64,000 nt of DNA. It comes from Occultella glacieicola (GTDB taxonomy: Bacteria; Actinomycetota; Actinomycetes; Actinomycetales; Beutenbergiaceae). A program made the translations under genes and the position numbers. The notes below the pieces were generated by a model that saw nothing but the letters and a program-made list of their open reading frames with translations, was not told the origin of the DNA and searched no databases. Numbering within the stretch: position 1 is the stretch's first letter; every line of letters starts with the position of its first letter. This document shows, in pieces, positions 9,146 to 18,557 of the stretch. Where the stretch lies: positions 62,001-126,000 of the forward strand of contig NZ_SMNA01000012.1 in NCBI RefSeq assembly GCF_004353825.1, given 5' to 3'.

Positions 9146-10561
9146 GTGACGCAGGCATCGAGACCGTCCGGGGCGCCGGTGCGACCGAACATCCTTCTGA
9201 TCGTCTCAGACGACCACGGCTACGGTGACCGCGGCTACCTGCAGCACGACCCAGCGGTGCGCACGCCCGGCCTGGACCGACTGGCGGCGACCGGCGTCAG
9301 TTGCACGGACGCCTATGTGACCGCGCCGATCTGCAGCCCGTCGCGGGCAGCCATCATGTCCGGGCTGTACCAGCAGCGCTGGGGGGCCACCTGGTTCGGG
9401 AACTCCGGGTTCGCACCGGACCGGGAGACGCTCGCCGAACAACTGGCCGGGCTGGGCTACCGGACGGGGTACTTCGGCAAGGTGCACTACGGCGCCGAAC
9501 AACCCGGCGACCGCGCCTGCCCACCGCACCACGGGTTCGAGGCGACCTTCTACGGCCTGGCCGGGCTCCAACAGGGTCGGCTCAACTACCTGCATCACTC
9601 CGATGATGCGGTGCAGCGGTACGGTCCCGAGGCCTCGTGGCGGATGGGCGTGCAACCGATGCTGGTCGGGGACGATGAGGTGGAGGTCGAGGGCTTCCTC
9701 ACCGACGAGATCGGCCGACGCGCCCGGGAGTTCGTGGCCGCGGACGACGACCGTCCGTTCTTCGCCATGGTGGCCTTCAACGCCGTCCACAACTTCTGCT
9801 GGCAACTGCCGGAGGCGGAACTGCGCCGCCGGGGACTGCCGTCACGAGCGGACTGGCACGACGCCGACGGTGAGTACGAGGACTGGTACGACGGCGTCAT
9901 CTCACCGAACCTCGACCACGGACGCGAGTACTACCTGGCCCAACTCGAACTGATGGACGCGCAGATCCTGGCATTCCAGGATCAGCTCGAGGCACTCGGT
10001 GTCGCGGATGACACCTTGGTGGTCTACCTGACCGACAACGGCGGCTCGACCTGCAACTACGGCGACAACACTCCGCTGTCCGGATCGAAGTACACCCTCG
10101 GCGAGGGCGGGATCCGGGTCCCCTTCCTGGTCCGGTGGCCGGCAGCCGCCTGGGCGGACGGCGCCGTGCGGGCCGGACCGGTCAGTTCGCTGGACCTGTA
10201 TCCGACCCTCCTCGCCGCTGCCGGCGGGACCGACCTGCCGGCCTGCGACGGCGTCGATCTCGCTCCACTGCTGGCTGGCGGCGAGATCGCCGGTCGGGAG
10301 TCGCTGCACTGGGACTGCGCGTTCCAGTGGGCCGTGCGCAGTGGTGACCTGAAGTTGCGCTGGGTCGACGGCGCCGGCCCGGAGGCCGAGGGGATCCGAC
10401 GGATCGAGCACGCCGACCCGGGCGACGGCCTCACCTTGCACGATCTCGCTGTCGACGTCGGCGAGCAGCACGACCTGTCGGCGGAGCGGCCCGGCGACGT
10501 CGAGCGACTGACCGCGCTGCATCTGGCCTGGCGTACGCAGATCGGCTACCACGTCGGGTGA
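9146..10561 (+). CDS. Cys-type (formylglycine-dependent) sulfatase, apparently cytoplasmic
   Basis: RPNILLIVSDDHG, CSPSRAAIMSG, GYRTGYFGKVH, TDNG, EGGIRVP; no signal peptide seen. Confidence 0.95.
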   Translation: MTQASRPSGAPVRPNILLIVSDDHGYGDRGYLQHDPAVRTPGLDRLAATGVSCTDAYVTAPICSPSRAAIMSGLYQQRWGATWFGNSGFAPDRETLAEQLAGLGYRTGYFGKVHYGAEQPGDRACPPHHGFEATFYGLAGLQQGRLNYLHHSDDAVQRYGPEASWRMGVQPMLVGDDEVEVEGFLTDEIGRRAREFVAADDDRPFFAMVAFNAVHNFCWQLPEAELRRRGLPSRADWHDADGEYEDWYDGVISPNLDHGREYYLAQLELMDAQILAFQDQLEALGVADDTLVVYLTDNGGSTCNYGDNTPLSGSKYTLGEGGIRVPFLVRWPAAAWADGAVRAGPVSSLDLYPTLLAAAGGTDLPACDGVDLAPLLAGGEIAGRESLHWDCAFQWAVRSGDLKLRWVDGAGPEAEGIRRIEHADPGDGLTLHDLAVDVGEQHDLSAERPGDVERLTALHLAWRTQIGYHVG

Positions 10562-10586
10562 ACCGTCCGAACACTAGGGTGGCCCG

Positions 10587-11087
10587 ATGGGCCGGACGAA
10601 CTATCTGATCGAGGGCCTCTCGGGCACCGGCAAGACCACCGTGTGCGACGAACTGCAGCGGCGCGGTCACCACGCCATCCACGGTGACCGGGAACTGGCC
10701 TACCGCGGGGACCCCGAGACCGGTAGGCCGACGGCGGGCTTCGGACACGAGCACCACATCTGGGACGTCGACAAGGTCCGGGCCCTGGTCGCCGACCGCG
10801 AACACGCCGCCACCTTCTTCTGCGGCGGCTCCCGGAACTTCTCGAAGTTCATCGACCTGTTCGACGGCGTCTTCGTCCTCCGTGTCGACCTCGCCACCCT
10901 GAATCGACGGCTCGACGAGCGCCCGGACCAGGAGTGGGGCGGTGGACAGCCGACGGAACGCGATCGCATCGTTCACTGGCACCGCACGAACACCGACGTC
11001 CCGGCGAACGGCATCGCCATCGACGCCACCGCACCGGTCGAGCGCGTGGTCGACGAGATCCTTCGTCGGTGCGAGACCGACAGGTAG
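10587..11087 (+). CDS. Small P-loop NTPase / nucleoside-nucleotide kinase-like protein
   Basis: Walker A GLSGTGKT, lid-like RRLDER and IDATAP; TAGGGT -10 box 6 nt before ATG (leaderless). Confidence 0.8.
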   Translation: MGRTNYLIEGLSGTGKTTVCDELQRRGHHAIHGDRELAYRGDPETGRPTAGFGHEHHIWDVDKVRALVADREHAATFFCGGSRNFSKFIDLFDGVFVLRVDLATLNRRLDERPDQEWGGGQPTERDRIVHWHRTNTDVPANGIAIDATAPVERVVDEILRRCETDR

Positions 11088-11151
11088 GTGCGATGCCGCA
11101 CGGTATCCGCCGCCGGCGCCCGGGACGTCGGCGCCGAGGGGACCTCGTGGC

Positions 11152-14100
11152 CTACGCCAGCCGGATCCGCAACGTCGCCGGGCTTCCCGACTCCCTGGCG
11201 TCGATGTTGATGTTCACGCCCGGCGCCGACTCCGCCCGGACCTGCTGCAGACCGAACGCGAGTGCCGCACCGCCTCCCGCAGCGGCCCGAACGTAGTCGG
11301 TGACGTCGACCGTGTACGTTCGCACCTCCGTGTCGAGGATGACGGACCCGAGTTGCTCGGTCATCGGGGGTCGGTTGTTCCAGGTCAGCGCGCGCTCCTC
11401 CCAGAGTGCGCTGGTCCCGAACACGCCGACCGTGGCACTGGGGGTGCCGTCGGTCACGCGGCCGCCGATCTGGAGTTCGGCGGAGACGAAGTCACCGGTC
11501 GCGAGTGCGGGGAAGCGCAGGTACGCCTCCCGGTGGTAGTTGGGGCTGCTGTCGTTCTTCAGGGCGAGCGCCGACGTGGTTCCGGTGTTCGCGTCCGCGT
11601 AGGTGCCCGAGCGCACGAACGTGTCGGCGTCGGTGACGATCAGCTGGAGGGTGGGGTCGGTCACGGTCAGTTCCGCGAGTGCCCAGCGCAGCTGACGCTC
11701 GAACTCCACCACGGTCACCACGCGGGTGGTGCCGATCCCGACGGCGTTCAGCCCGCCATCGTCGTTGACCTCGGCAACCTGCGGATCCAGGGTGAGCCAC
11801 TCCCAGGTCGCCGCAGGCGGGTCGATCGTCGCGCCGGTGGACAGGTAGGCGGTGGCGCTCACCTGCGCCTCACCTCCGACGGTCAGCTGCGCCGGCGCCT
11901 CCAACTCCACCCGGTCGAACTGCACCGGTGGGTCCGGCAGGGTGACCGGATGCCCCGGCACGGAGAACTCCGCGACGCTGTTCCAGGCGTTGGTCGAGTT
12001 GCCGTAACCGGTGTACCGCACGTACCGGGCGAGCACGCCGTCGAAGGTGAAGATCTCCACTCCTCCTGAGGTACCGGAGACCTGGTCGGCCAACACGCTG
12101 ACCCATGCGCCGCCGTCGGAGACCTCGATGCTGAAGTAGGACGCCCGACGATCACCCTGATACCAAGCGATCCCGACCGCATCGACAGAGACCACCGCGC
12201 CGAGGTCCAGGCGGATCCACTCGCCGCTGCCCTGCGACGACCACCGGGTGAACAGGTCGCCGTCGACCACATTGACCGGCAGGTTTCCGTCGTCACCGCT
12301 GGCCACCACGGGCTGCCCGGGCCGCAGGTCGGAGACCTCGTGCCGAACGCCGACCGTGTACGTGCGTTCCTCACGCCCCGCACCGACGCGCAGCACGGCC
12401 TTGCCCGGCACCGCGTCGAGCTGCGTCACGCGCAGCGGTCCACGGACCGAGCCGGACACGACGGGCGCCGACGCACCCTCGGGCACGACCACGGTGTAGT
12501 CGAAGACGTCCGGACGGAAGCCCGGCAGCGCGGCACCGTCCACGCTCAGGTCGCTCAGCCGCCAACCCGGTCGACCCAGCGCCCACTCCTCGAGTGGAGT
12601 CACCGGCAGAGCGGTCGGTGCACTCTCACCGTCGCGTAGCGGCGAGATCTGCACGGCGAACACCCCGCTGGTGACCCCGGCAACGCGGATCGCCAGCTTC
12701 GATGTGCCGGCGTTGAGGTTCTGGGTCGGCTGCGGCGAGGTCCACAGCGGGGAGGACGGCATCTGCACGAACGTCTCCGTCCCGGTGCCGAGCAGCCGCA
12801 GCAACAGTCGCGCGTCACCGGCGATGAGCTCCGCCGCGCGTCCATCGGTGGCGATCTGGACCACGGCCCCCGTGTGCAGGAACCACCACACGTCGGTTGC
12901 GGCGGCGCAGGTGAACTCATCCTGGACGATCACCTGACGGCGCTCGTCCAGCATCCGGATCCCGCGTTGCCACGAGGTCAGTGCGGGTGTTGCCGCCCCG
13001 AGGTCAAGCACGGTGATCGCCTCCTCGGCGATCGCCTCGTGCCGCACCACCTGGGCCCCGGCCCGCTCGGCCTGACCACCCTGCAGCGACGGTCCCGCCA
13101 GGAGAGTGTTCTGCCCATCGGTTCGCTTGCGGTAGTACTCCCAGCGCTGGCCGGCCACACCGGCGGCGAAGTATCCCGGGAGGTTGTAGTCGTCGGCGCC
13201 GAGGTCGAGAGCCCACCGGACGCCGAGCGCATCCAGCACGAACGTGCCCAGGTCGAGGTCGGAGTGGTTCGTCGCGTTCGAGCCACCCTTCACCCCCACG
13301 AACAGGGCCGCCTGATCGGACCACGAGGAGCGCGAGGTCGTCACCTGGACGCCCTCGTAGAAGTGGTCGAGTGCGCGATCCTGCCAACGCGTGGCACCCG
13401 GCTGGGAGTGCGACGGATCGAACCAGATCACATCCGTGACCTCGGCGTTGAGGTCGGCACGGAAGGCGGCCCAGTCCGTCAGGGCGGGCTGGTCGAACTG
13501 GCCGGCGAGCCAGAAGAACTCCGTGCTCCGCGGCGGCGAGCCCGCGCTGTCGTAGTAGTTGAACGCCTGGCCCGACGCACCGGTGAGATCGATCGGGAAA
13601 TACCCGGTCTCGGCCAGGCCCGGCTTGTTCTCCAGATCAGCGGCGCCTCCGCTGGCGCTGATCAGGCTGGCGAGGTACTTGACCAGATAGCCGGTGCCGT
13701 AGGACCAGTACCCCGTGCCCTCCGGGTAGCCACCGTCCGGCGCGTACTCGTCGGCGGCCCTGGGCACGCTCACCAGCCCCTTGGCGATGAGGTCCCCGGC
13801 GATCTCCCGATACTCCTGCGCAACGGCGAGCGAGCCCATGGTCAACCCACCGTTGCAGACCGCGTTCCAGTTGTGTGCGGCCTTTGTCCAGAACGCACCG
13901 TCGGCGTATTCCTGCTGCCCCGGTTCCAGTCCCTTCGTCACGATGGTCGCGGCAAGGAGTTCACGGCGATCGGGCGTCCAATACTCGTGGAGCCAGTCGT
14001 AGCCGATGGCGAAGGCATGCGTCATCCCGGCCGTGTCCAGGAAGTGCGACGGGTTCCAGTCCGGCCACGCCGCGGCTCCCTCGAGTTCGTCCCAGAGCCG

Positions 14101-14562
14101 TTCGGCGTAGGTGTCGTCCCCGGTGAGCTGGTAGGTCAGGGCGAGCACGTACGAGCGCAGGATCACCGGGGCATGCGTCATCCGTTTGCCATCCGGGATC
14201 TCGTAGACCTGCACCGGCAGACCAAGCAGATCATCCGCCTGCGCCACGATGCTGTCTGCCCACGCGGCCACCCGGGGCACGGTGGTCACCTTCTGGGTGA
14301 TGTCGGCGAAGTCGGTGAGGAGGAGCCTGGGATGGGTGGTGATGACATCGTCGATCAGTTCCGCCGGAGTGGCCGGCGCGGCGGCGCTGGGCAGCGTGCC
14401 ACGCGGTGCGATCAGGCCAAGCCCGACGCCGATGCCGATGGCCGCCGACCCCAGCAGGAAGCCACGCCTGGCCACGTACGGGGCACCTGGTTCGCCGACC
14501 CCGGCACCGGTGTCGCGGGTGGGTGCAGAGCCCGGATCGTCTGGGGCCGTGCGTGAGTTCAT
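11152..14562 (-). CDS. Tat-secreted multidomain heparinase II/III-like polysaccharide lyase with a cadherin-like domain, F5/8 (CBM32-like) domain, Ig-like (Big_2) domain and DNRLRE-like C-terminal domain
   Basis: Tat motif ARRGFL; lyase-like WNPSHFLDTAGM, HNWNAVCNGG, EGTGYWSYG, NHSDLDLGTF; discoidin DGDLFTRWSSQGSGEWIRLDLG...WNSVAEF; C-terminal ADTFVRSG...REAYLRF; AAAGGAG RBS. Confidence 0.82.
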   Translation of the reverse strand: MNSRTAPDDPGSAPTRDTGAGVGEPGAPYVARRGFLLGSAAIGIGVGLGLIAPRGTLPSAAAPATPAELIDDVITTHPRLLLTDFADITQKVTTVPRVAAWADSIVAQADDLLGLPVQVYEIPDGKRMTHAPVILRSYVLALTYQLTGDDTYAERLWDELEGAAAWPDWNPSHFLDTAGMTHAFAIGYDWLHEYWTPDRRELLAATIVTKGLEPGQQEYADGAFWTKAAHNWNAVCNGGLTMGSLAVAQEYREIAGDLIAKGLVSVPRAADEYAPDGGYPEGTGYWSYGTGYLVKYLASLISASGGAADLENKPGLAETGYFPIDLTGASGQAFNYYDSAGSPPRSTEFFWLAGQFDQPALTDWAAFRADLNAEVTDVIWFDPSHSQPGATRWQDRALDHFYEGVQVTTSRSSWSDQAALFVGVKGGSNATNHSDLDLGTFVLDALGVRWALDLGADDYNLPGYFAAGVAGQRWEYYRKRTDGQNTLLAGPSLQGGQAERAGAQVVRHEAIAEEAITVLDLGAATPALTSWQRGIRMLDERRQVIVQDEFTCAAATDVWWFLHTGAVVQIATDGRAAELIAGDARLLLRLLGTGTETFVQMPSSPLWTSPQPTQNLNAGTSKLAIRVAGVTSGVFAVQISPLRDGESAPTALPVTPLEEWALGRPGWRLSDLSVDGAALPGFRPDVFDYTVVVPEGASAPVVSGSVRGPLRVTQLDAVPGKAVLRVGAGREERTYTVGVRHEVSDLRPGQPVVASGDDGNLPVNVVDGDLFTRWSSQGSGEWIRLDLGAVVSVDAVGIAWYQGDRRASYFSIEVSDGGAWVSVLADQVSGTSGGVEIFTFDGVLARYVRYTGYGNSTNAWNSVAEFSVPGHPVTLPDPPVQFDRVELEAPAQLTVGGEAQVSATAYLSTGATIDPPAATWEWLTLDPQVAEVNDDGGLNAVGIGTTRVVTVVEFERQLRWALAELTVTDPTLQLIVTDADTFVRSGTYADANTGTTSALALKNDSSPNYHREAYLRFPALATGDFVSAELQIGGRVTDGTPSATVGVFGTSALWEERALTWNNRPPMTEQLGSVILDTEVRTYTVDVTDYVRAAAGGGAALAFGLQQVRAESAPGVNINIDARESGSPATLRIRLA

Positions 14563-14598
14563 GCCGCTGCTCCTTTGCTGACGGACGTCCTGGGGTGA

Positions 14599-14650
14599 TC
14601 GAACCACCGCGCCGACGAGGATCCGCCCGCTCGAACATTTCCGAACTTCT
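14599..14650. promoter_or_regulatory. Candidate DeoR-type direct-repeat operator (CGAAC repeats)
   Basis: TCGAACC (14599), TCGAACATTT (14631) and CCGAACTTCT (14641) lie between the divergent lyase and regulator genes. Confidence 0.4.
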
Positions 14651-14708
14651 CACCGGTCCGCTACCGTCGGCGGGATGACCCTGCAGGCGTGGCGACGGCG
14701 TCCCTGAC

Positions 14709-15794
14709 GTGGTGCGGGCCGCTCGCCACGATCGACTGCTGCGACTGGTGCGCACCGAGGGTGTGATCGTCGTGAGCCGGGCGGCTGCGTCGCTCGGCGT
14801 CACGGAGGTGACCATCCGGCGCGACCTCGCCGAGCTGGCCGAGGCCGGGCTGCTGGAGCGCGTCCATGGCGGCGCGGTCCTACCCTCTCCCGCGGGTCCT
14901 GGGGCGCCGCGAGCGCGCCCGGCACTTCGGATCGGGTTCCTCACGCCGAACGTGACCTACTACTTCGGCGCGGTGATCAAGGGCGCGGAGTCCGCGGCGT
15001 CAGCGCTGGGCTACCGGCTGATCTACGGTGCACACTTCTCGCGCACCACCACGGAGTTGCGGCGCCTGGACCAGCTCGGCCAACTCGACGTGGATGGCCT
15101 GATCGTGACGCCCGGTCATGAGAGTGAGGCGAAGCTCGCCACCTACCAGCGTCTGGACGAGATCAGCACACCACTGGTGGTCTGTGAGCGTCCGCTGTCC
15201 TTCCCCGACCTGCAAGTGGAACGCGACCGGGTGTCCTCCGACCACGCCTACGGAGCGCTGCTCGGCCTGCAGCATCTGGCGAGCCTCGGACACCACCGGG
15301 TCACCTGGGTCTCGGTCCCGACCGCGACATTCGCAGCCCTGGAGCAGGGCGTCACCCGCGCGCGAGCGACCGTGGACCTGGACCTGCAGGACCTCGGCTG
15401 TGCGCTCCCCTGGGAGGCAGGGCGACCGCAGGCGAAGGCCATTGTCCGAGTCCTGGACGCGATCGAGAGGCACGACAGCACCGCCCTGTTCATCCACTCC
15501 GACATACAGGCCGTCACCGTTCTCGAGGCAGTCCTCGAGCGGGGCTGGCGTGTACCCGAGGACCTGACCCTGCTCACCTACGACGACGAGCTCGCCGCCG
15601 ACGCGAGCATCCCGATCAGCGCCGTCAGCCCGGCCAAGCGCGAACTCGGCACCAGAGCAGTGGAACTCCTGCACCGCCGCATCGAGGATCGCACCCACTC
15701 CGCACCGATAGAACAGGCGATGCTGCTGCCACGGTTGCAGGTGCGCGCCTCGTCCGGCCCGCCGCGACGCCACCCACTCGAGCGGCAGGAGTAA
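14709..15794 (+). CDS. Transcriptional regulator with a DeoR-type HTH fused to a LacI-type sugar-binding domain
   Basis: N-terminal GVTEVTIRRDL...RVHGGA (DeoR HTH); C-terminal periplasmic-binding fold DGLIV, RVPEDLTLLTYDD, LQVRAS. Confidence 0.88.
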   Translation: MVRAARHDRLLRLVRTEGVIVVSRAAASLGVTEVTIRRDLAELAEAGLLERVHGGAVLPSPAGPGAPRARPALRIGFLTPNVTYYFGAVIKGAESAASALGYRLIYGAHFSRTTTELRRLDQLGQLDVDGLIVTPGHESEAKLATYQRLDEISTPLVVCERPLSFPDLQVERDRVSSDHAYGALLGLQHLASLGHHRVTWVSVPTATFAALEQGVTRARATVDLDLQDLGCALPWEAGRPQAKAIVRVLDAIERHDSTALFIHSDIQAVTVLEAVLERGWRVPEDLTLLTYDDELAADASIPISAVSPAKRELGTRAVELLHRRIEDRTHSAPIEQAMLLPRLQVRASSGPPRRHPLERQE

Positions 15795-16979
15795 CTAGAA
15801 CCCGGTGGGCAGCCATTCCGGCTTGCGCTCGTCCACGTGGAACCGGGCGTAGTAGTCGCCCACCTGCTCGAAGTGGCGCTCGTACTTGTCCATCTTCTCC
15901 GGATCCAGTTCCACGCCCAGACCCGGGCCGGTGGGCACCGCGATGGCGCCGTCCTGGTAGGTCATCTTGCCGCCGGCGATGATGTCGTCGGTGAGGTAGT
16001 GGTAGTGCGCGTCCCCCGCGGTGGTCATCTCCGGGATGGTCGCGGCGGTGTGCAACATCGCGGCCAGCTCCACGCCGAACTCGACGCCGGAATGCATCGC
16101 CACGCCCAGCCCGAACGTGCGGCACACCGCGGCGAGGTCCTTCACCCCGCGCGGGCCCTGCCAGTAGTGGAGGTCGGTGAGCACGATGTCCACGGCGTCC
16201 ATCCGGATGGCCGGCCCGAGATCGTCGAACTTCGCCGGGTACATGTTCGTGGCGATCGGGATGCGCACCTGCGCTCGGACCGCGGCGTTGCCGACCAGCC
16301 CCCAGGCCGGGTCCTCGAACCACTCCGGGGCCACCGCCTCCAGGCGGCGCCCGATCCGTACCGCGGTGGGCACCGACCAGCCACCATTGGGATCGATCCG
16401 GAGCCGGTACTCGGCGCCGAACCGGTCCCGGCAGAGCTCGAGTACGCGCGCCTCCTCGGTCGGGTCCAGCACACCGGCCTTGAGCTTCATCGCGCTCACA
16501 CCGAGCGTCTCGTTCAGCTCCTGGCACTGGTCCGCCATGTCCTCGGCGGTGCGGTCGTCGCCGCCGCCCGGTCGGTCGTAGCGCCAGAAGAGATAGGCGA
16601 TGAACGGGACCGCCTCCCGCACGCGCCCGCCGAGCAGATCGGACATCGGCCGTCCGAGTGCCTTGCCCTGGATGTCCAGGCAGGCCATCTCGATCGCGGC
16701 GTAGAGGCGGTCGTTGGACAGGTAGTAGATGGCCCGCAGGGTCTTCAGCTTGAGCAGTTCGAGCCGGAACGGGTCCGCTCCGATGATGCGCGGACGCAGC
16801 CGTTCGAACGCACCGCGCTGGTCACCGCCGCCCACCTCCCCCAGGCCGACGATGCCCTCATCGGTGACGAGCTCCAGGATCGTACGTATGAAGTAGCCGG
16901 GATGGACGCCGGTGTTGTGCCGCAGCTTCGCGTGGGTCGGGATGGCCACGGTGCGCACCCTCATGTCCACGATCCTCAT
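15795..16979 (-). CDS. Enolase-superfamily acid-sugar dehydratase, glucarate dehydratase-related
   Basis: KLKAG, RIDPN, EDP, IATNM, AMHS, PTGPGLGVELD; the D/E/N metal-ligand pattern of the GlucD subgroup. Confidence 0.88.
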   Translation of the reverse strand: MRIVDMRVRTVAIPTHAKLRHNTGVHPGYFIRTILELVTDEGIVGLGEVGGGDQRGAFERLRPRIIGADPFRLELLKLKTLRAIYYLSNDRLYAAIEMACLDIQGKALGRPMSDLLGGRVREAVPFIAYLFWRYDRPGGGDDRTAEDMADQCQELNETLGVSAMKLKAGVLDPTEEARVLELCRDRFGAEYRLRIDPNGGWSVPTAVRIGRRLEAVAPEWFEDPAWGLVGNAAVRAQVRIPIATNMYPAKFDDLGPAIRMDAVDIVLTDLHYWQGPRGVKDLAAVCRTFGLGVAMHSGVEFGVELAAMLHTAATIPEMTTAGDAHYHYLTDDIIAGGKMTYQDGAIAVPTGPGLGVELDPEKMDKYERHFEQVGDYYARFHVDERKPEWLPTGF

Positions 16980-17092
16980 CGACCACTCCCTCTTGTTGCA
17001 TCATTTCGAACGACACTTGCATTCATCTCAACCGATGCTACCTTGTGGTGCACTTGCCACAACGCCGACCGCCACTGACGACGAGGTCACGG

Positions 17093-17791
17093 ATGAACCC
17101 CTACGAGTACGCCCTACCCGTTCCCGAACTGATCGAGCGCTACCGCAAGACCTACACCGGAGCCGTCTACGACATCCTCGACGAGATGGGGCTCCCCCAC
17201 CAGGCGCTCGCCACGGCGCTGAGGCCGGTGAAGGACCACTGGGTCGTCGCCGGCCCCGCGTTCACCATCAAGGGCATCCCGGACCCGACCGGCGACCCCG
17301 GGCTGCGCGATCGCCGCATCCATCTGTTCGAGGCGATGAAGGCCACGGGCGTGCCGATCGTGGATGTGCGGGACACGAGTTTCGACGACCAGGCCGCACA
17401 CTACGGCGAGATGAACGCCACCCTCGGCGCCGCCAACGGGGTGGTCGGCGCCGTGGTGGACGGCGGCTCTCGCGACACCCGGTTCCTGGTGGACCGCGAC
17501 TTCCCGGTCTTCTGCCGCTACCTCACCCCGGTGGAGGCGGTGAAGCGCTGGAGCTACTACGACTGGCAGATCACCGTGGGCCTGCGCGGCGCCCTCACCT
17601 CGGTTGTGCAGGTGTCGCCGGGGGACTTCATCATCGGCGATCTCGACGGCGTCGTGGTGATTCCGAGGGACGTCACCGTCGAGGTGCTGGAACGCACCGA
17701 GGAGTTGGTGCAGCGCGAGGACGAGGTGCGAGCGGAGTTCCTGGCCAGCCCTGATCCGGTGGCGGTCTATCGCAAGCATGGTCGGCTCTGA
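17093..17791 (+). CDS. RraA-family / HMG-CHA aldolase-like protein
   Basis: AVYDILD, VAGPAFT, HYGEM, VVDGGSRD, PGDFIIGDLDGVVVIP; ATG 17093 after a GAGG RBS. Confidence 0.88.
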   Translation: MNPYEYALPVPELIERYRKTYTGAVYDILDEMGLPHQALATALRPVKDHWVVAGPAFTIKGIPDPTGDPGLRDRRIHLFEAMKATGVPIVDVRDTSFDDQAAHYGEMNATLGAANGVVGAVVDGGSRDTRFLVDRDFPVFCRYLTPVEAVKRWSYYDWQITVGLRGALTSVVQVSPGDFIIGDLDGVVVIPRDVTVEVLERTEELVQREDEVRAEFLASPDPVAVYRKHGRL

Positions 17792-17794
17792 CCC

Positions 17795-18553
17795 ATGCCG
17801 ACCGCAGTCGGGGCCCGCACGGCACTGATCACCGGATCCACGAGTGGGATCGGGGCGGCGATCGCCGACGCCCTGGAAGGTGCGGGCGCCACCGTCGTTC
17901 GGCATGGACTGCCGGGCCCGACGGCGGAGGGCGGCCCGAGCGGGTCGGTCACCCAGGAGCTCGGGGTCGGCCCGACGGCGCCGTTCGAGCACGATCTTTC
18001 CGTCGAGGGCGCCGGGGCAGCCCTGGCCGCCGACACGCTGCGCCGCGGCCCCGTGGACATCCTGGTCCACGCGGCGTCGGTCCAGGTCCGCGCCGCGTGG
18101 ACCGACATCAGCCCCGCCGACGCCCGGCGCCAGCTCCAGGTGAACCTGCTCTCGGCCGTCGAACTGTTGCAGGTGCTGGTGCCCCCGATGGCAGAGCGGG
18201 GATGGGGCCGGATCCTGGCGATCGGGAGCGTGCAGCAACGTACGCCGCACCCGCAGATGGCGATCTACGCGGCGACCAAAGCAGCCCAGCACAACCTGCT
18301 GCTCGGCCTCGCAAAGCAACTCGCGCCGTCGGGCATCACGGCGAACACGCTCTCACCCGGCGTGATCGAGACGCCGCGCAACGAGGCGGCCCTGTCCGAA
18401 GCGGCCTACCGTGCACGAGTCCTCGAGGCCATCCCCGTCGGCCGGATCGGCCGCGCGGAGGACCTCGTCGCCACCGCGCTGCTGCTCTGCTCGGACGCGT
18501 CCGGCTACCTCACCGGGCAGGACCTGGTGGTCGACGGCGGCATGTCACTGTGA
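17795..18553 (+). CDS. Short-chain dehydrogenase/reductase
   Basis: TGSTSGIG, YAATK, NTLSPG, TGQDLVVDGG. Confidence 0.92.
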   Translation: MPTAVGARTALITGSTSGIGAAIADALEGAGATVVRHGLPGPTAEGGPSGSVTQELGVGPTAPFEHDLSVEGAGAALAADTLRRGPVDILVHAASVQVRAAWTDISPADARRQLQVNLLSAVELLQVLVPPMAERGWGRILAIGSVQQRTPHPQMAIYAATKAAQHNLLLGLAKQLAPSGITANTLSPGVIETPRNEAALSEAAYRARVLEAIPVGRIGRAEDLVATALLLCSDASGYLTGQDLVVDGGMSL

Positions 18554-18557
18554 GCCC

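Noticed and set aside
10587..11087. P-loop protein as a toxin or defence component
   Set aside because: Isolated small kinase-like gene with no partner antitoxin or nuclease.
11110..11137. GC hairpin between convergent genes
   Set aside because: Short stem in very GC-rich sequence with no U-tract; too weak to call as a terminator.
12874..14556. 560-aa plus-strand ORF (and similar long ORFs at 1646-3229, 5029-6651, 36110-37690, 53052-54665)
   Set aside because: Opposite-strand shadows of well-supported genes.
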